From assembly GCF_006345805.1 (NCBI RefSeq), contig NC_043001.1, positions 59,272,001 to 59,336,000 on the forward strand: a stretch of DNA of 64,000 bases. The letters are read 5' to 3'. Within the stretch, counting starts at the first letter, position 1; each line of letters opens with the position of its first letter. This document shows, piece after piece, positions 1-13,400 of the stretch. Below the pieces are notes generated by a model that worked only from the letters and a program-made list of their open reading frames with translations, made no database searches and was not told the origin of the DNA. The position numbers and the translations under genes were made by a program. Source of the DNA: Octopus sinensis. Its lineage: Eukaryota.

Positions 1-236
1 ATGACTATTTAATTTTTTCCACTAGGCCGCTGGTGGCAAAAAAATTCTACAAAATTTTTTGCCACACTATATTGATTAATTATGAATTTTCTGGTTAGTT
101 CCGTAATGGAATCGGCGGCTTATATTTATTTGCTGCCGATAAATTTGGCGCGAGTGCGATGATTTGAAAATTTTAGGTCAGATATTGCCGAGGCAGGGTG
201 GGAAATGCTCGTGAAAATATCTGTTCCGACTTGGCT

Positions 237-343
237 ATTTCTTACTGATGATTCTAAGGGCCTATGGAAGATTGGCTTGATTTAATTTAATCAGGTTAGT
301 TTACCATTAAACAGTAGATGAAACGGTGCATCGTATAAGAAAT
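237..343 (+). ncRNA. Type I hammerhead ribozyme, array copy 1
   Basis: Stem I ATTTCTTA (237-244) pairs with TAAGAAAT (336-343). Core CTGATGA at 245-251, stem II TCTA/TAGA with a long hairpin extension, GAAA at 320-323. Stem III is ACGG-TGCA-TCGT, with the GTA triplet at 333-335 (predicted cut after 335). Confidence 0.85.
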
Positions 344-723
344 TACAGGGTAAATGTTTTTTAATTTTCTCCTGGTTTACGGAATTGATGTTTATTTGCG
401 GTTGAAGCTTTGGCTGTTATTTCTAGTGGGTGAATGGCCTATTATGGCCGTTCCTTGATTGTGATGTTGAACTTAAAAATGGTCTATGACTATTTAATTT
501 TTTCCCACTAGGCCGCTGGTGGCAAAAAAATTCTACAAAATTTTTTGCCACCCTATATTGATTAATTATGAATTTTCTGGTTAGTTCCGTAATGGAATCG
601 GCGGCTTATATTTATTTGCTGCCGATAAATTTGGCGCGAGTGCGATGATTTGAAAATTTTATGTCAGATATTGCCGAGGCAGGGTCGGAAATGCCTCGTG
701 AAAATATCTGTTCCGACTTGGCT

Positions 724-830
724 ATTTCTTACTGATGATTCTAAGGGCCTATGGAAGATTGGCTTGATTTAATTTAATCAGGTTAGTTTACCATTAAACA
801 GTAGATGAAACGGTGCATCGTATAAGAAAT
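724..830 (+). ncRNA. Type I hammerhead ribozyme, array copy 2
   Basis: Same motif as copy 1. CTGATGA at 732-738, predicted cut after 822. Confidence 0.85.
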
Positions 831-1210
831 TACAGGGTAAATGTTTTTTAATTTTCTCCTGGTTTACGGAATTGATGTTTATTTGCGGTTGAAGCTTTGG
901 CTGTTATTTCTAGTGGGTGAATGGCCTATTATGGCCGTTCCTTGATTGTGATGTTGAACTTAAAAATGGTCTATGACTATTTAATTTTTTCCCACTAGGC
1001 CGCTGGTGGCAAAAAAATTCTACAAAATTTTTTGCCACCCTATATTGATTAATTATGAATTTTCTGGTTAGTTCCGTAATGGAATCGGCGGCTTATATTT
1101 ATTTGCTGCCGATAAATTTGGCGCGAGTGCGATGATTTGAAAATTTTAGGTCAGATATTGCCGAGGCAGGGTGGGAAATGCCTCGTGAAAATATCTGTTC
1201 CGACTTGGCT

Positions 1211-1317
1211 ATTTCTTACTGATGATTCTAAGGGCCTATGGAAGATTGGCTTGATTTAATTTAATCAGGTTAGTTTACCATTAAACAGTAGATGAAACGG
1301 TGCATCGTATAAGAAAT
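1211..1317 (+). ncRNA. Type I hammerhead ribozyme, array copy 3
   Basis: Same motif. CTGATGA at 1219-1225, predicted cut after 1309. Confidence 0.85.
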
Positions 1318-1697
1318 TACAGGGTAAATGTTTTTTAATTTTCTCCTGGTTTACGGAATTGATGTTTATTTGCGGTTGAAGCTTTGGCTGTTATTTCTAG
1401 TGGGTGAATGGCCTATTATGGCCGTTCCTTGATTGTGATGTTGAACTTAAAAATGGTCTATGACTATTTAATTTTTTCCCACTAGGCCGCTGGTGGCAAA
1501 AAAATTCTACAAAATTTTTTGCCACCCTATATTGATTAATTATGAATTTTCTGGTTAGTTCCGTAATGGAATCGGCGGCTTATATTTATTTGCTGCCGAT
1601 AAATTTGGCGCGAGTGCGATGATTTGAAAATTTTAGGTCAGATATTGCCGAGGCAGGGTGGGAAATGCCTCGTGAAAATATCTGTTCCGACTTGGCT

Positions 1698-1803
1698 ATT
1701 TCTACTGATGATTCTAAGGGCCTATGGAAGATTGGCTTGATTTAATTTAATCAGGTTAGTTTACCATTAAACAGTAGATGAAACGGTGCATCGTATAAGA
1801 AAT
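1698..1803 (+). ncRNA. Type I hammerhead ribozyme, array copy 4 (1-nt deletion in stem I)
   Basis: ATTTCTA then CTGATGA (1705-1711) ... GAAACGGTGCATCGTA-TAAGAAAT. Predicted cut after 1795. Confidence 0.8.
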
Positions 1804-1922
1804 TACAGGGTAATGTTTTTTAATTTTCTCCTGGTTTACGGAATTGATGTTTATTTGCGGTTGAAGCTTTGGCTGTTATTTCTAGTGGGTGAATGGCCTA
1901 TTATGGCCGTTCCTTGATTGTG

Positions 1923-2930
<1,008 letters not shown>

Positions 2931-2931
2931 T

Positions 2932-2974
<43 letters not shown>

Positions 2975-3009
2975 CTAATTCGTCGTTCAACTCCATTCTT
3001 TCATTTATT

Positions 3010-3040
<31 letters not shown>

Positions 3041-3042
<2 letters not shown>

Positions 3043-3361
3043 GTTTAAATATTTGTTGTGCAAGATTTTTTATATATGTGCATTTAAATATTTGTTGTGC
3101 AAGATTTTTATGTGAAGTCGTGTGTTGAAACAGATATTGTTATATTTCGGAATGGTCATATTGCCAGTTTAGCCAATAAAAACACACGCACTATATATTT
3201 GGTGTTATTTTGCTTCAGTGATATTTATTATTTACATTAATCTTAATCTTATTTCGGCCAAAGTTCTTTCGTCACACTCCTGTGACCTCATCAGTGGTCC
3301 TTTGTTTTCTTCTCACTTACTTGTGTCTCTCCTTACTAACCGTCAGCCATTTTGTATTTCT

Positions 3362-3396
<35 letters not shown>

Positions 3397-3590
3397 AGTA
3401 GATAAAACAGCCGGCAACTGATGAAGGGTCGTTCTTTATGTTGCTTATCTTGTTTTCCATTTGATTCTTTCGTTCGCAAAACAAGTTCATATTCCATGTT
3501 TTCATATTTCGTATTTCATTTTGCTTACATTCTATGACGTCCTATAACCATATATGCATGTGTATATGCATATATATGTATATATATATG
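3041..3590. mobile_element. Non-autonomous Penelope-like fragment flanked by (TA)n, containing an inverted copy of the 474-bp unit and a hammerhead
   Basis: 3393-3580 is the reverse complement of ~2235-2422. Minus-strand HHR at 3256-3300. (TA)n on both sides. Tandem plus inverted arrangements are typical of PLE pseudo-LTRs. Confidence 0.6.
3256..3300 (-). ncRNA. Minimal type I hammerhead ribozyme motif
   Basis: Minus strand reads GGACCA CUGAUGA G GUCACA GGAG UGUGAC GAAA G-AA-C UU UGGCC. Stem II is 6 bp, stem I is GG(A)CCA/UGGCC, there is an extra nucleotide after A9, and the triplet is CUU. Confidence 0.65.
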
Positions 3591-4014
3591 ACGTTGTTGA
3601 AAAGCTGGTCACTTTGTACTCAGAACAGTGGCCTATGACCACCTAAGGCAATAAAAACTGGAGATAAAATTTTTTATATAGCAAAACAAAAAGTTGCAGG
3701 GGCCCTCTAAAAGTCATGCGACGACCCCGTCTAAAATTTCAGCTTAAACTCTTTATCAAAGTGAATTAAAGAATTATGTGAAACTGATTGCGTCGACAAG
3801 AGAGAACGAGAGATAGGGAATAAGAATGTAATTGAAATAGTTTATATTAACATTTTTGCTTTTATTTATCTGTGTTCAGTTATTTCAATAAATTTGATAA
3901 TTTTGTAATGAGAGTATAAAATATATAAGTCAACTCCAGTATCAAAAGATATTGCCAGCCGTTGTAGAAAGACAATGCTGCAAGTAGAAGTAAGACAATA
4001 CTTATATATTTAAG

Positions 4015-4345
4015 GGCGGTGAGCTGGCAGAAACGTTAGCACGCCGGGAGAAATGCTTAGCGGTATTTCGTCTGCCGCTACGTTCTGAGTTCAAATTCGC
4101 CGAGGTCGACTTTGCCTTTCATCCTTTCGGGGTCGATTAAATAAGCACCATTTACGCACTGGGGTCGATGTAATCGACTCAATCCGTTTGTCTGTCCTTG
4201 TTTGTCCCTTCTGTGTTTAGCCCCTTGTGGGTAATAAAGAAATAGATATTTCGTCTGTCTTTATCTTCTGATTTCAAATTCCACCAAAGTCGACTTTGCT
4301 TTCATCCTTCGAGGTGGATAAATAAAGTACCAGTTGCGTGCTGGT
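4015..4345 (+). mobile_element. tRNA-derived SINE family A (full copy 4015-4243 plus partial tandem duplicate)
   Basis: Head GGCGGTGAGCTGGCAGAA, B-box-like GAGTTCAAATTC, body GACTTTGCCTTTCATCCTTTCGGGGTCGA. Many homologous copies elsewhere in the window. Confidence 0.85.
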
Positions 4346-5154
4346 ATTTAATTTAAATTTTAAGTTGAAACTGCTTCCCAGTGACTGACGCATCCCTTTA
4401 AAGACACTTTAACCCCACTAATTATTAAATAGTTTTAAAAGCTCCTGTGAAACCCAGAATAAAGGACACCTCTAATATCTGAAATGGTGTTACTACTAGA
4501 AGAGAAATTCTAGATTGCATCCAGAAAAGTTCCATTCGCCTGATTCGCACAAAACGATTCACAGATACGCCCCAACATTCGACATAAATGTGTGCTGCAT
4601 CCTCTTTGTACCTGTTCTAAAAGTAACTATAATGGCACTTGCTTCTCTCCGTGTAGTCAATCCTGCAAAACTATTCATATCTCATATGTTCGAAGCCAAG
4701 AGAGATAAATTCATCCCACGCATTCTCTTCCTGCTATTAGATATACCGTTTTAATCCAATTGCCTTTAGTTTCCAATAACACTTTCATTTTCTATAACAA
4801 TCAGCAAATTTCATAAAGAGTCATCAGGGTTATTGAAATGAAACTGACAAAAGCATTTCTTTCTTTTGTCCTGTTCACCTTTATGTTGAAAACTCAAGTA
4901 ATAGAATAAACTGACATCCTTTCATAAGCCAACATACATCAGAAGAGAAATGCCTTCGTCTTTCTCCTGGCTATTTCTGACAAAATTATTTCTCTCTTCA
5001 AATTGTTCCTGCTTTATGTGTGACATATCAATTGAGAAATCACAATATGTATTTAGAAATGAAAAATTAGAATATTGTTTTTTGAAGACACAAATCTCTC
5101 AGACTTGAAAAATTCTTGTTTTACATACACTTCAGGAATTAATTAAATTTATAT

Positions 5155-6085
5155 TAAACTTAGATGAACTTTAGATATGTTTCGACCAAAGATTGGTCCA
5201 GGCCATGCCTAACTTAATAGCACCACCTGATAGGATTATTCGAATCCTGTTTAAGTCAAGTTTTGTTTATGGTCCATTCAAGTAGTGAGTTCTTGTTGGG
5301 TGAGTTGTATCCAATTATGGGTGGCTTATCTGGTATTCTTTGAAGGAATCTATCCAGACTCCGTTTAAAGTTGATGGGATCCTTTTCCTCTTTGAAATCC
5401 CTCGGGACAATGTTAAATAGGGCAGGGCCTGTTGAGGAAAAGAAATTATGTTGCAGTGTACATGTATGCTGTGATCTTGAATTGGGCAGGGGACGTATGG
5501 CCCGTGGTCCCAGTCTTGGATGAACCTTGAAGCTAATGTTAAGGTCGTTTGGGCAAAGTTGGCGGTATATTCTCCACATCGTACAAATGATGTACCGCTC
5601 ACGGCGACGCTGGAGAGAGTAAAGTTTCAAGGCTTTAAGGCGATCCCAATAATCGAGAACAGCCATGCCTTCAATTTGTTTAGTGAGTGCCCTGTAGCGT
5701 GACTCAATCCTGGAGATGTTTTGTCTTGTATGGGGAGACCACAGTGGGCAGCAATATTCGAGGTGTGGCCGTACAAAGGAGGAGAAAAGTGGTATGATGA
5801 CACCTTGTTCTCTGCACCGGAAAGTTCTTAAGATCCAGGAACTCATCCTACGAGCTATATCGACCTTCTTGTTGATGTGTACACTCCAACTGAGATCGTC
5901 ATCAACAATTACACCCAGGTCTCTGATATTGTTAGAGGCTGTGAGCGGTTCCCCTGATGGAAGAGATTATGGCTGTTTTAGTGAGGAATTTCTTCCAAAA
6001 TGCATCAGCTCAAATTTTCCCTCATTCAGTTGCATTTTGTTTCTGTCTGCCCATTGACTCACAGCATATAGATCAGACTGGAGTT
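5155..6085 (-). mobile_element. 5'-truncated CR1-clade LINE (RT C-terminal region, 3' UTR and short tandem tail)
   Basis: Minus-strand peptides LQSDLYAVSQWADRNKMQLNEGKF, IRDLGVIVDDDLSW, VRPHLEYCCPLWSP and RLKALKLYSLQRRRER (ORF 5256-5846) are typical of the CR1/L2 ORF2 C-terminus. A frameshift lies near 5960. Confidence 0.85.
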
Positions 6086-7286
6086 GAGTTCGGTCTGCTT
6101 CTTCATTCAATTAAAATCACGTACAAAAAGAAACAGATGTATGCTATGTAATTTAGGTTTCAAAGAAGGAAATCGGGAGAAAGGCCCCTTACATATTTGA
6201 GACACGGCGACGACATGGTGCCGAATATGCAAATTATGAGCTCAAGTACACAAGAACGCAAGCACACATTCACACGCAAACACATAAGCGCGCGCGCACA
6301 CACATACACGCACATAAACATACACACACATACATACATACACATACACACATACTCAGAGGCACCACGCACATAGAAACACACATACAGACATACAAAC
6401 TATATGTATCCCCATCTCTCTCTATCTCTCTCTTCCTCTCTTTCTCACTCTTAAACTCCATCCTGTCAACACCTCAAATGTAAAATTCTCCAACATAAGA
6501 TTCTTCCCCGAAGAAGAAAGCTATGTTATCCGATAATGGATCCAAGATCTACCATTATTCCGGACCACCAAGACCCCCAAAACAGCTGTTGGACTCGTAA
6601 AACTCTACCCATATAACTCCTGATATCATTTATGTTCTGTAAGTTGGACAATTTTATATTCATACGCACGTACATTCTTTCTATTAAATATATTTAACAT
6701 TCTATGCAAATTGATTTGTCAACTTGCTTCTCATTACACTATATACATACTTACATATATATTCGCGCGCGCGCGTCTTCAAACGATATTTGCGTACTTG
6801 ATGGCATTGGGGAACGAACTTTCTACACACAATATTCCAAACAGGGAAAAATTGGGTTAGACTGAATATAACTGGAGGTCATATCGGAGTAGATGTGAAT
6901 AGATGTCCTCTAATAATGCTAAGAGTTGTTTGTTTTAAATTTACTTTTCTTTTCCCTATTCGACTAAAACTGGAGATATTCAGATGAGATATTTGCCTAA
7001 GCAGACTTGGATAAACACATAGACTTAATCAATTCATGTACATACACATCACAGTAAAAGATGCTTCAATGGGTTCCAGAATCTCGGATTACAAACCAGT
7101 CAATTGTAAAGATTTAATTTGTTTGTAGCCATGTAGAAGCTATTCTACCAGTGAATCTATAGGATGACGAAAATTATTAATGGCAATAGTTTTGAAGAAG
7201 CCTACTCATAAATTCTCTAAAGATTTTAATAATGATTAAGACTATATGAACCGTATGTGAATTAATCACCAACATTTCTTTTGTAG

Positions 7287-7345
<59 letters not shown>

Positions 7346-7346
7346 C

Positions 7347-7400
<54 letters not shown>

Positions 7401-7486
7401 TGTATGTAGTATGTATGTATGTATGTATGTATGTATGTATGTATGTATGTGTGTATCTATATGTGTATGTATGTATATATATATTC

Positions 7487-7530
<44 letters not shown>

Positions 7531-7631
7531 AATATATACATATACATATACATATGTATATATATATATATATATAATATATATATATGTATATATATAT
7601 ATACATACATTTATATATATACATACATACA

Positions 7632-7665
<34 letters not shown>

Positions 7666-7676
7666 CATACATATAT
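7287..7676. repeat. Compound (TA)n/(TATG)n/(CATA)n microsatellite
   Basis: Directly visible. Confidence 0.95.
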
Positions 7677-9124
7677 TAGGTTTGGATTACAAAACGCAGG
7701 GATTTGTTGAATGCATAGAAATAGGCAACTGTTGATAATAATAATCTATGCTTGAGCTTCAACTTCACACACCTTCCACCACTACTTATTAGTTTATCTG
7801 AAAATCAGGCATGATTCTTACGTTCTTATGGATTTTGATTTAAGTATTCAACAATTAAACAATTAATGGCGTACACGCTTAAATTGGATTCTAAATATTT
7901 TGAAAGACATATTATAGTGATTCTTTTGCTAGCCTTAATTTTTGCATAATCACAGGCTAGACTATGACTCACTCCCACAGCCGGTACAGTATTTTTCTTT
8001 CAAAGCCTAGTCTTAACTATCAATGCATACAAAATACTGAAAACAAGTAAACGAATGTTGCATAGGAGAAAGACGAAAGTTATTTAAAGTAGGCAGACTT
8101 GTATTCAGTAACTACCAGACATCAAATAGGTTCAAAGAAGCGTCGAAAACAAAAAAAAAGTAATGAAATATAATATGCAGCAGTATGTTTTTGTTTATTT
8201 CCAAATCAATGAGCGAGTAATTAGTTTCTAGTTTAGTAATTAGCATACCGATACTCTAATTGATCTGCGCTTTTTCAGGCGATATTCTAACGTGTATTAT
8301 AAAATATAAATAAATCAGAATGCGATTTGGGTTAACCTTTTCCTTTATAAATAGCATAAACATCATCATATCAATAAATAACATCTTAAAGTATCTATAA
8401 TGAATCAGAAAGAAAGCCGCCTGTGAAGCGAATAGCATACTTCGTTTCAGTTTTGTGACGTCCTAATACACTGGAGCGATTAATCGTATGTACAGTTTGA
8501 TCAGTATGTGCAGTGAAGGAAAAATGATATTCATCAACATTGATACGACGATTTAAATTTTATGGCATGCATTGTATTTTAATTGGTACCATGTCACCGT
8601 CACAGTACCTCAGTAATGTATATATAGTTAACATGATTATAGCACAGCATATTACTTGCAACGAAACTAGGTTTTTTCTTTTTAAGAAATGGGACTGGCG
8701 ATATTTATAGCTCATTAGAATTTAAATTCACCTACAAAATCACAGTAATTAATCTAAACTATTTAACAATGAATAGTCGGAAAATAATTATTTAAACAAA
8801 TAAAAAAAAATGGATGTAAATTTGTACATAATAACTGGAAGTGACTCTTATAAATTGTCGCTGACTTTTATACTGTATAATATTGACCAAAAATATACAA
8901 AAGTACGAAACGTTATGTAAAAGCAAACAAAATAAGATACAATGATGTTCAGGGACTGCAGATACTCAGTTGTAGGCCATTACATCAAAGAGCAGGCTTA
9001 ACACAATTTAAGAATTAGCTGTACGTCATTGATTATAAATGATTGACGGATTGATTTATTGATTAGTAAATTGGCTTATATTTTGCATGGGAAACCTTTG
9101 CCCAATAATCTTTCACATTTGAAT

Positions 9125-9368
9125 TCTTTTATTCTTATATTCTTTTACTTGTTTCAATAAACTGACTGCGGCCATGCTGCAATACCACCTTTTGTCGAAC
9201 AATAAAACCCCATGACTTATTCTTTTGTACGACTAGTAATTATTCTATCGGTCACTTTTGCCCAACCGTTAAGTAACGGGGATGTAAACACACCAATATC
9301 GGGTGTCAAGCGAGGGCGGGGAGTCAAATATAGGCATGCAAAGATATATATAATATATATATATATGT

Positions 9369-9459
<91 letters not shown>

Positions 9460-9622
9460 GGCGGGCTTCTTTTAGTTTCCGTCTGCAAAATCCACTCACA
9501 AAGCTTTGTTCGGCTCGAGGCATTATTAGAAGACACTTTCCCAAGGTGCCACGGACTGGGACTGAACCCGAAACCATGTAGTTGGGAAGCAAGCTTCTTA
9601 CCACACAGCCATGCCTGCACCT
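9125..9622 (-). mobile_element. tRNA-derived SINE family B with internal (TA)n
   Basis: Minus-strand head AGGTGCAGGCATGGCTGTGTGGTAAGAAGCTTGC ... GGTTCAGTCC. 3' part CAGCATGGCCGCAGTCA ... GAAACAAGTAAAAGA. Homologous copies at 14432, 16397, 56240 and 58262. Confidence 0.85.
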
Positions 9623-9625
9623 ATA

Positions 9626-10539
9626 TCTATATATATAAAGCTCAACTTGTGTGTCTGTGTGTGTATCTGTGTGTGTGTCTGTGTTTAAATTCCCGGCACA
9701 TCTCTTCCTAGCCAACAAATCGTAGAACCACCAAAAATGGGTCACTTAAAGTTTAGGCGAATGAAAACTGAACTGCGCTATTTCTGTTCCGAAATTCATC
9801 TCGCAAGTGCAAAAATCGATAATATGTTTGTTTAGGCCTTATCCTATGCATTGAATAGTGAACTTTACTCAGTCAGCTGTTTGACGTGAACTGTGTTCAC
9901 CACGCGTGCAAGCATGCGTAAATTGCATGAAAAATAAAAAATCAAGATATAAAAACGAATCGCCGTAAACATTGTAGAAATTCGACAAAGAAATGAATTT
10001 TCAGGATGTAGCTAGGAAGGTTTTTTCGTATTAATCGTTTGGACTTTGTGAACATATACCAATTGTTTTCATAACATTTTTAACGCTTTGAATTAAATGT
10101 GACCATTTTGTGTTGAGACTGCAGTTTGAATCACTTTAACCAAATTTTAGCAGGCCAGATTTTTGATCATCACGATACATCGACAGCGACTCCCTGAAAC
10201 TCTCCCCTGAAATCCCCGTTGAGAAATACTGATCTAAAAGAATAATTCAACAATGCAATTATTTGATCAACAAAAATTTAAGAAACGCTTCTACGCACTT
10301 CCTATTGAGGAAATGGAACACATAAGCGCAAAAATAGAGGGCATTAAATGCTTGATTTTAAAACCAAAATAATTGAATTTTGATTGAACTTCATCCAAGT
10401 TTAGCTTAATTCGCGCGTGCATAGAACGTACGAGCGCACGTACGTACATTGTGTAAGAAACTATTGATTTTGCACTCGCAGATTAATCGATTTTCCTCAG
10501 TGCGATTAATAGTCACACAAAGCCGGGCAATACTGCTAG
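9626..10539 (+). mobile_element. Non-autonomous Helitron
   Basis: Starts A|TCTATATATATAAAG followed by (TGTC/TG)n. Ends GCCGGGCAATACTG-CTAG|T. This gives 5' TC, 3' CTAG, an A|T insertion site, no TSD and a degenerate subterminal hairpin. Confidence 0.7.
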
Positions 10540-11949
10540 TTATATATAAAGTCTATATAAGTGTAGCAAAAAGCTGTGTTTTTTTTTCTCAATTAACACG
10601 CAGTCTCTGAGTGTGTGTTTTGAAATTCTATATTACTATTTTTTGTGCTTAAATATCGATGGTCTAAATATGGCGGTTTAATTGTATATGACGGATGAGA
10701 AATGCTCATATTTGTAAATAATTAGGGATATATTGACTGATAGCTAAAAGAAAATTAACTTCACAAACAAGCAGAGTTTACAGTTACGTAGTAAATGCTC
10801 AAAGAACAATGATCTTAGAGTAGGATAATTGTACAATTTCTCTCCTAATTACCAACACTGAATATGGTTTTATGACATCGGAGAACAACTTACTTAAAAG
10901 AGTGACATCGATATAACAAAATAACGATCAAAATGATGTAACTACGACAATTGGTCCTCGGCCAAAACAGATGAATATTGCACTTTCACTTCTCTATGGG
11001 CGTAATGACTAGCAGGAGGTAACTGTCAGTTTAACTGCGTTAATCTAGGTGATCCGTTTTAATATATGAGATTTGTATAGAGATGACAGATTGCCAGTCT
11101 CATACTGCATGAATTGCATGATTCTGGATAGATTCGATATAACATAGGAGAAGAAAATCGAATTAATTGGTTTAAATAATACCTTTTTTTTCTCATAAAG
11201 TAAGTTACAGTTGATTTATTGTTGTATTATATAATATCTTAAGACTTGAGATTGCATAAAATGCAAATATACGAATACTACATATACGCACGTATATATA
11301 TAACTAAAAATTACAATCAACCCATCAGCTATAATCTGCTGCCAATTAACATGCATGGGCAATGAAGTTTGTAGTTTCTCCTGCCATAGGAAAATTTCTG
11401 ATTGCCCAGAGCCCTATTGTGACAAGGACCTGCTCAGTTTTATCCTCATTCATAAAGTAGACTTTATAAAATGATAAACTATAGTACTCTCAGATCCTGA
11501 TAGAAGCAAGAAATTGAAAGTAACCAGAATTAACTACCTACACAGGTCACTGCAAATATTAATAAAAAATTTCTGCACCTCGAAGTATAGAACTCCCCGA
11601 CTACATACAATTACAAAACTCTTTCCAAAGAACATCATGTTTGTTTTATCTGTCCTTGTTTAGACAACAATGCGTTACACAACACAAGCTACTAAATTAT
11701 CGTTCCACCGGCGATTGATGCAGTCTAGCTACTTGTCCATTGAATAATTCTCCATTTTATACATGCCATACATATTTCCCGAAGCTCAAACTAATGGTAA
11801 ATACACGGGGCATGTCTCTAATAATTGGAATATTGGCAACATTTGCCCGAATTTAGATCCAGAGGTAAAATTCCATGTACCGAGAAAGCTTACACAGCAA
11901 GATTATGAAAAAGCCTAACTTGGAAAGCTGTTGACAAAAACTCACCATA

Positions 11950-13400
11950 TTTATGTACTTATGTAACTTCTAGTTTTGCATGTGTGAGAAATCAACATGT
12001 CCTAAAGCAGTACAATATATTCCTCGACGAAATATTCGATGCGATTACCAATTGTCGTTACGGATGTGAATTTCTCGAAGCACGATATATTGTAACAGTA
12101 CCTCACAGCGACACACAAATTTTAGAAAATTTTCAACATGAATGCCACCTCGTACAAAAGAAAACCAAGTGAGAATCTGTTGGTAAATTGTTTTAATAAA
12201 CTTTTAAACAGATTGCACAAGAACTCCTCATATAGTAAAGTCAATGAATAAAGCGACTGACTGTATGTGAAATTATTATAATCAAGATTTTCCCTGAATT
12301 TACTTGGCTAACTAAAACGAAGATGAACTCAATACTCTTCAATACTCTTCAATACTTGTCTAATTGCATTTGACAAAGTCTAATTATACCTGCTCATAGG
12401 TAAATATTTTCTAGATACTAGGCATATGAAATTTCCACACATCAGCCAGTGTGTATGTCTAGCAGTTTATTGTTACATGCAATATGAACGGAGATGCATT
12501 AGGTTTATGATGGGCTTAATCATGCTCTTTTCAGTTTAAATATCTTTGTTAATATGAAATTTAACTGCGTCAGAGTCTTAGACGTTTCATTAGATCTGAA
12601 TGTTAAAGCTTTTATTTAAAATAAGCCCTATTATTTACAATAAGCACTATTTCATAGTGATAAAACTCCAAACACCCGCGTAGATTCATTAGAATATTAG
12701 GTCATAATATCAATAACCAAATATCGTCGCGGAGAATGGATGAGAGGGCATTCATAAAGACATCGCCATACTGCAGAAATGCCCGTAAGAGCCACGAGTT
12801 CACAGAAGAAATGTATTAAGTGAGCACTGAAGAAAACCGCAGGAGGTTTTACAGGAAAATAACCAGAACAGTGGTATTGTTTAATCTGACATTCAATACG
12901 AATATAACGGCAAATTTAGCTGAAGAATCCTTATAGATGATATCAAAGGAATTTCCATTAGATACAGGTATTGTAGAATAATCAGTAGGAGTACTGATTA
13001 TTCGAGCAATAATTTCACATTGTTGACAAACCGAAATAATGGAGAACAACTCTCTGAAACTAATGAAAATAAGCAAGATCATAAATATAATTGCGTAGAA
13101 CAATAGCTGCCCGCTTAATGGAAACTACATGATCAAAGGTGATGTATATAAAGTTAAGATTCAAATTAATAATAATCATACATAAAAAGCTTATAGTGGA
13201 ACAATAGAAAACGACTTTAAGATAAGACGTCACCTGCGTAAAATTCATCTAAATATCCAGAAAAGGGTTTGGGCCTAGCCTGTTAAATATCTTTGAAGAC
13301 TGAAATAATCTTTTCTGTATATTTCAAGATCTATTAGTCAGGTTTCCCATTTCAAGCTAATACAAACTTAGCTGCCATCTCTTATTCCTTCAGATTTCCG
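11950..13400 (+). pseudogene. Heavily degraded Penelope-like element (RT and GIY-YIG relic)
   Basis: Scattered + strand remnants VLDVSLDL (~12575), NSKHP (~12663), RTVVLFNLTFNTNI (~12865) and SCPLNGN...VYKVK (~13105) occur in the same order as motifs in the PLE at 51960-54132. Boundaries are approximate. Confidence 0.55.

Noticed and set aside
1-487. Second (antisense) hammerhead in the satellite unit, as in ambisense viroid-like RNAs
   Set aside because: There is no TCNTCAG on the + strand of the unit. Other ribozyme classes were not recognisable by eye but are not excluded.
4800-4832. Minus-strand CUGAUGA...GAAA
   Set aside because: The 8 nt between the core halves (CUCUUUAU) cannot form stem II, and there is no stem I.
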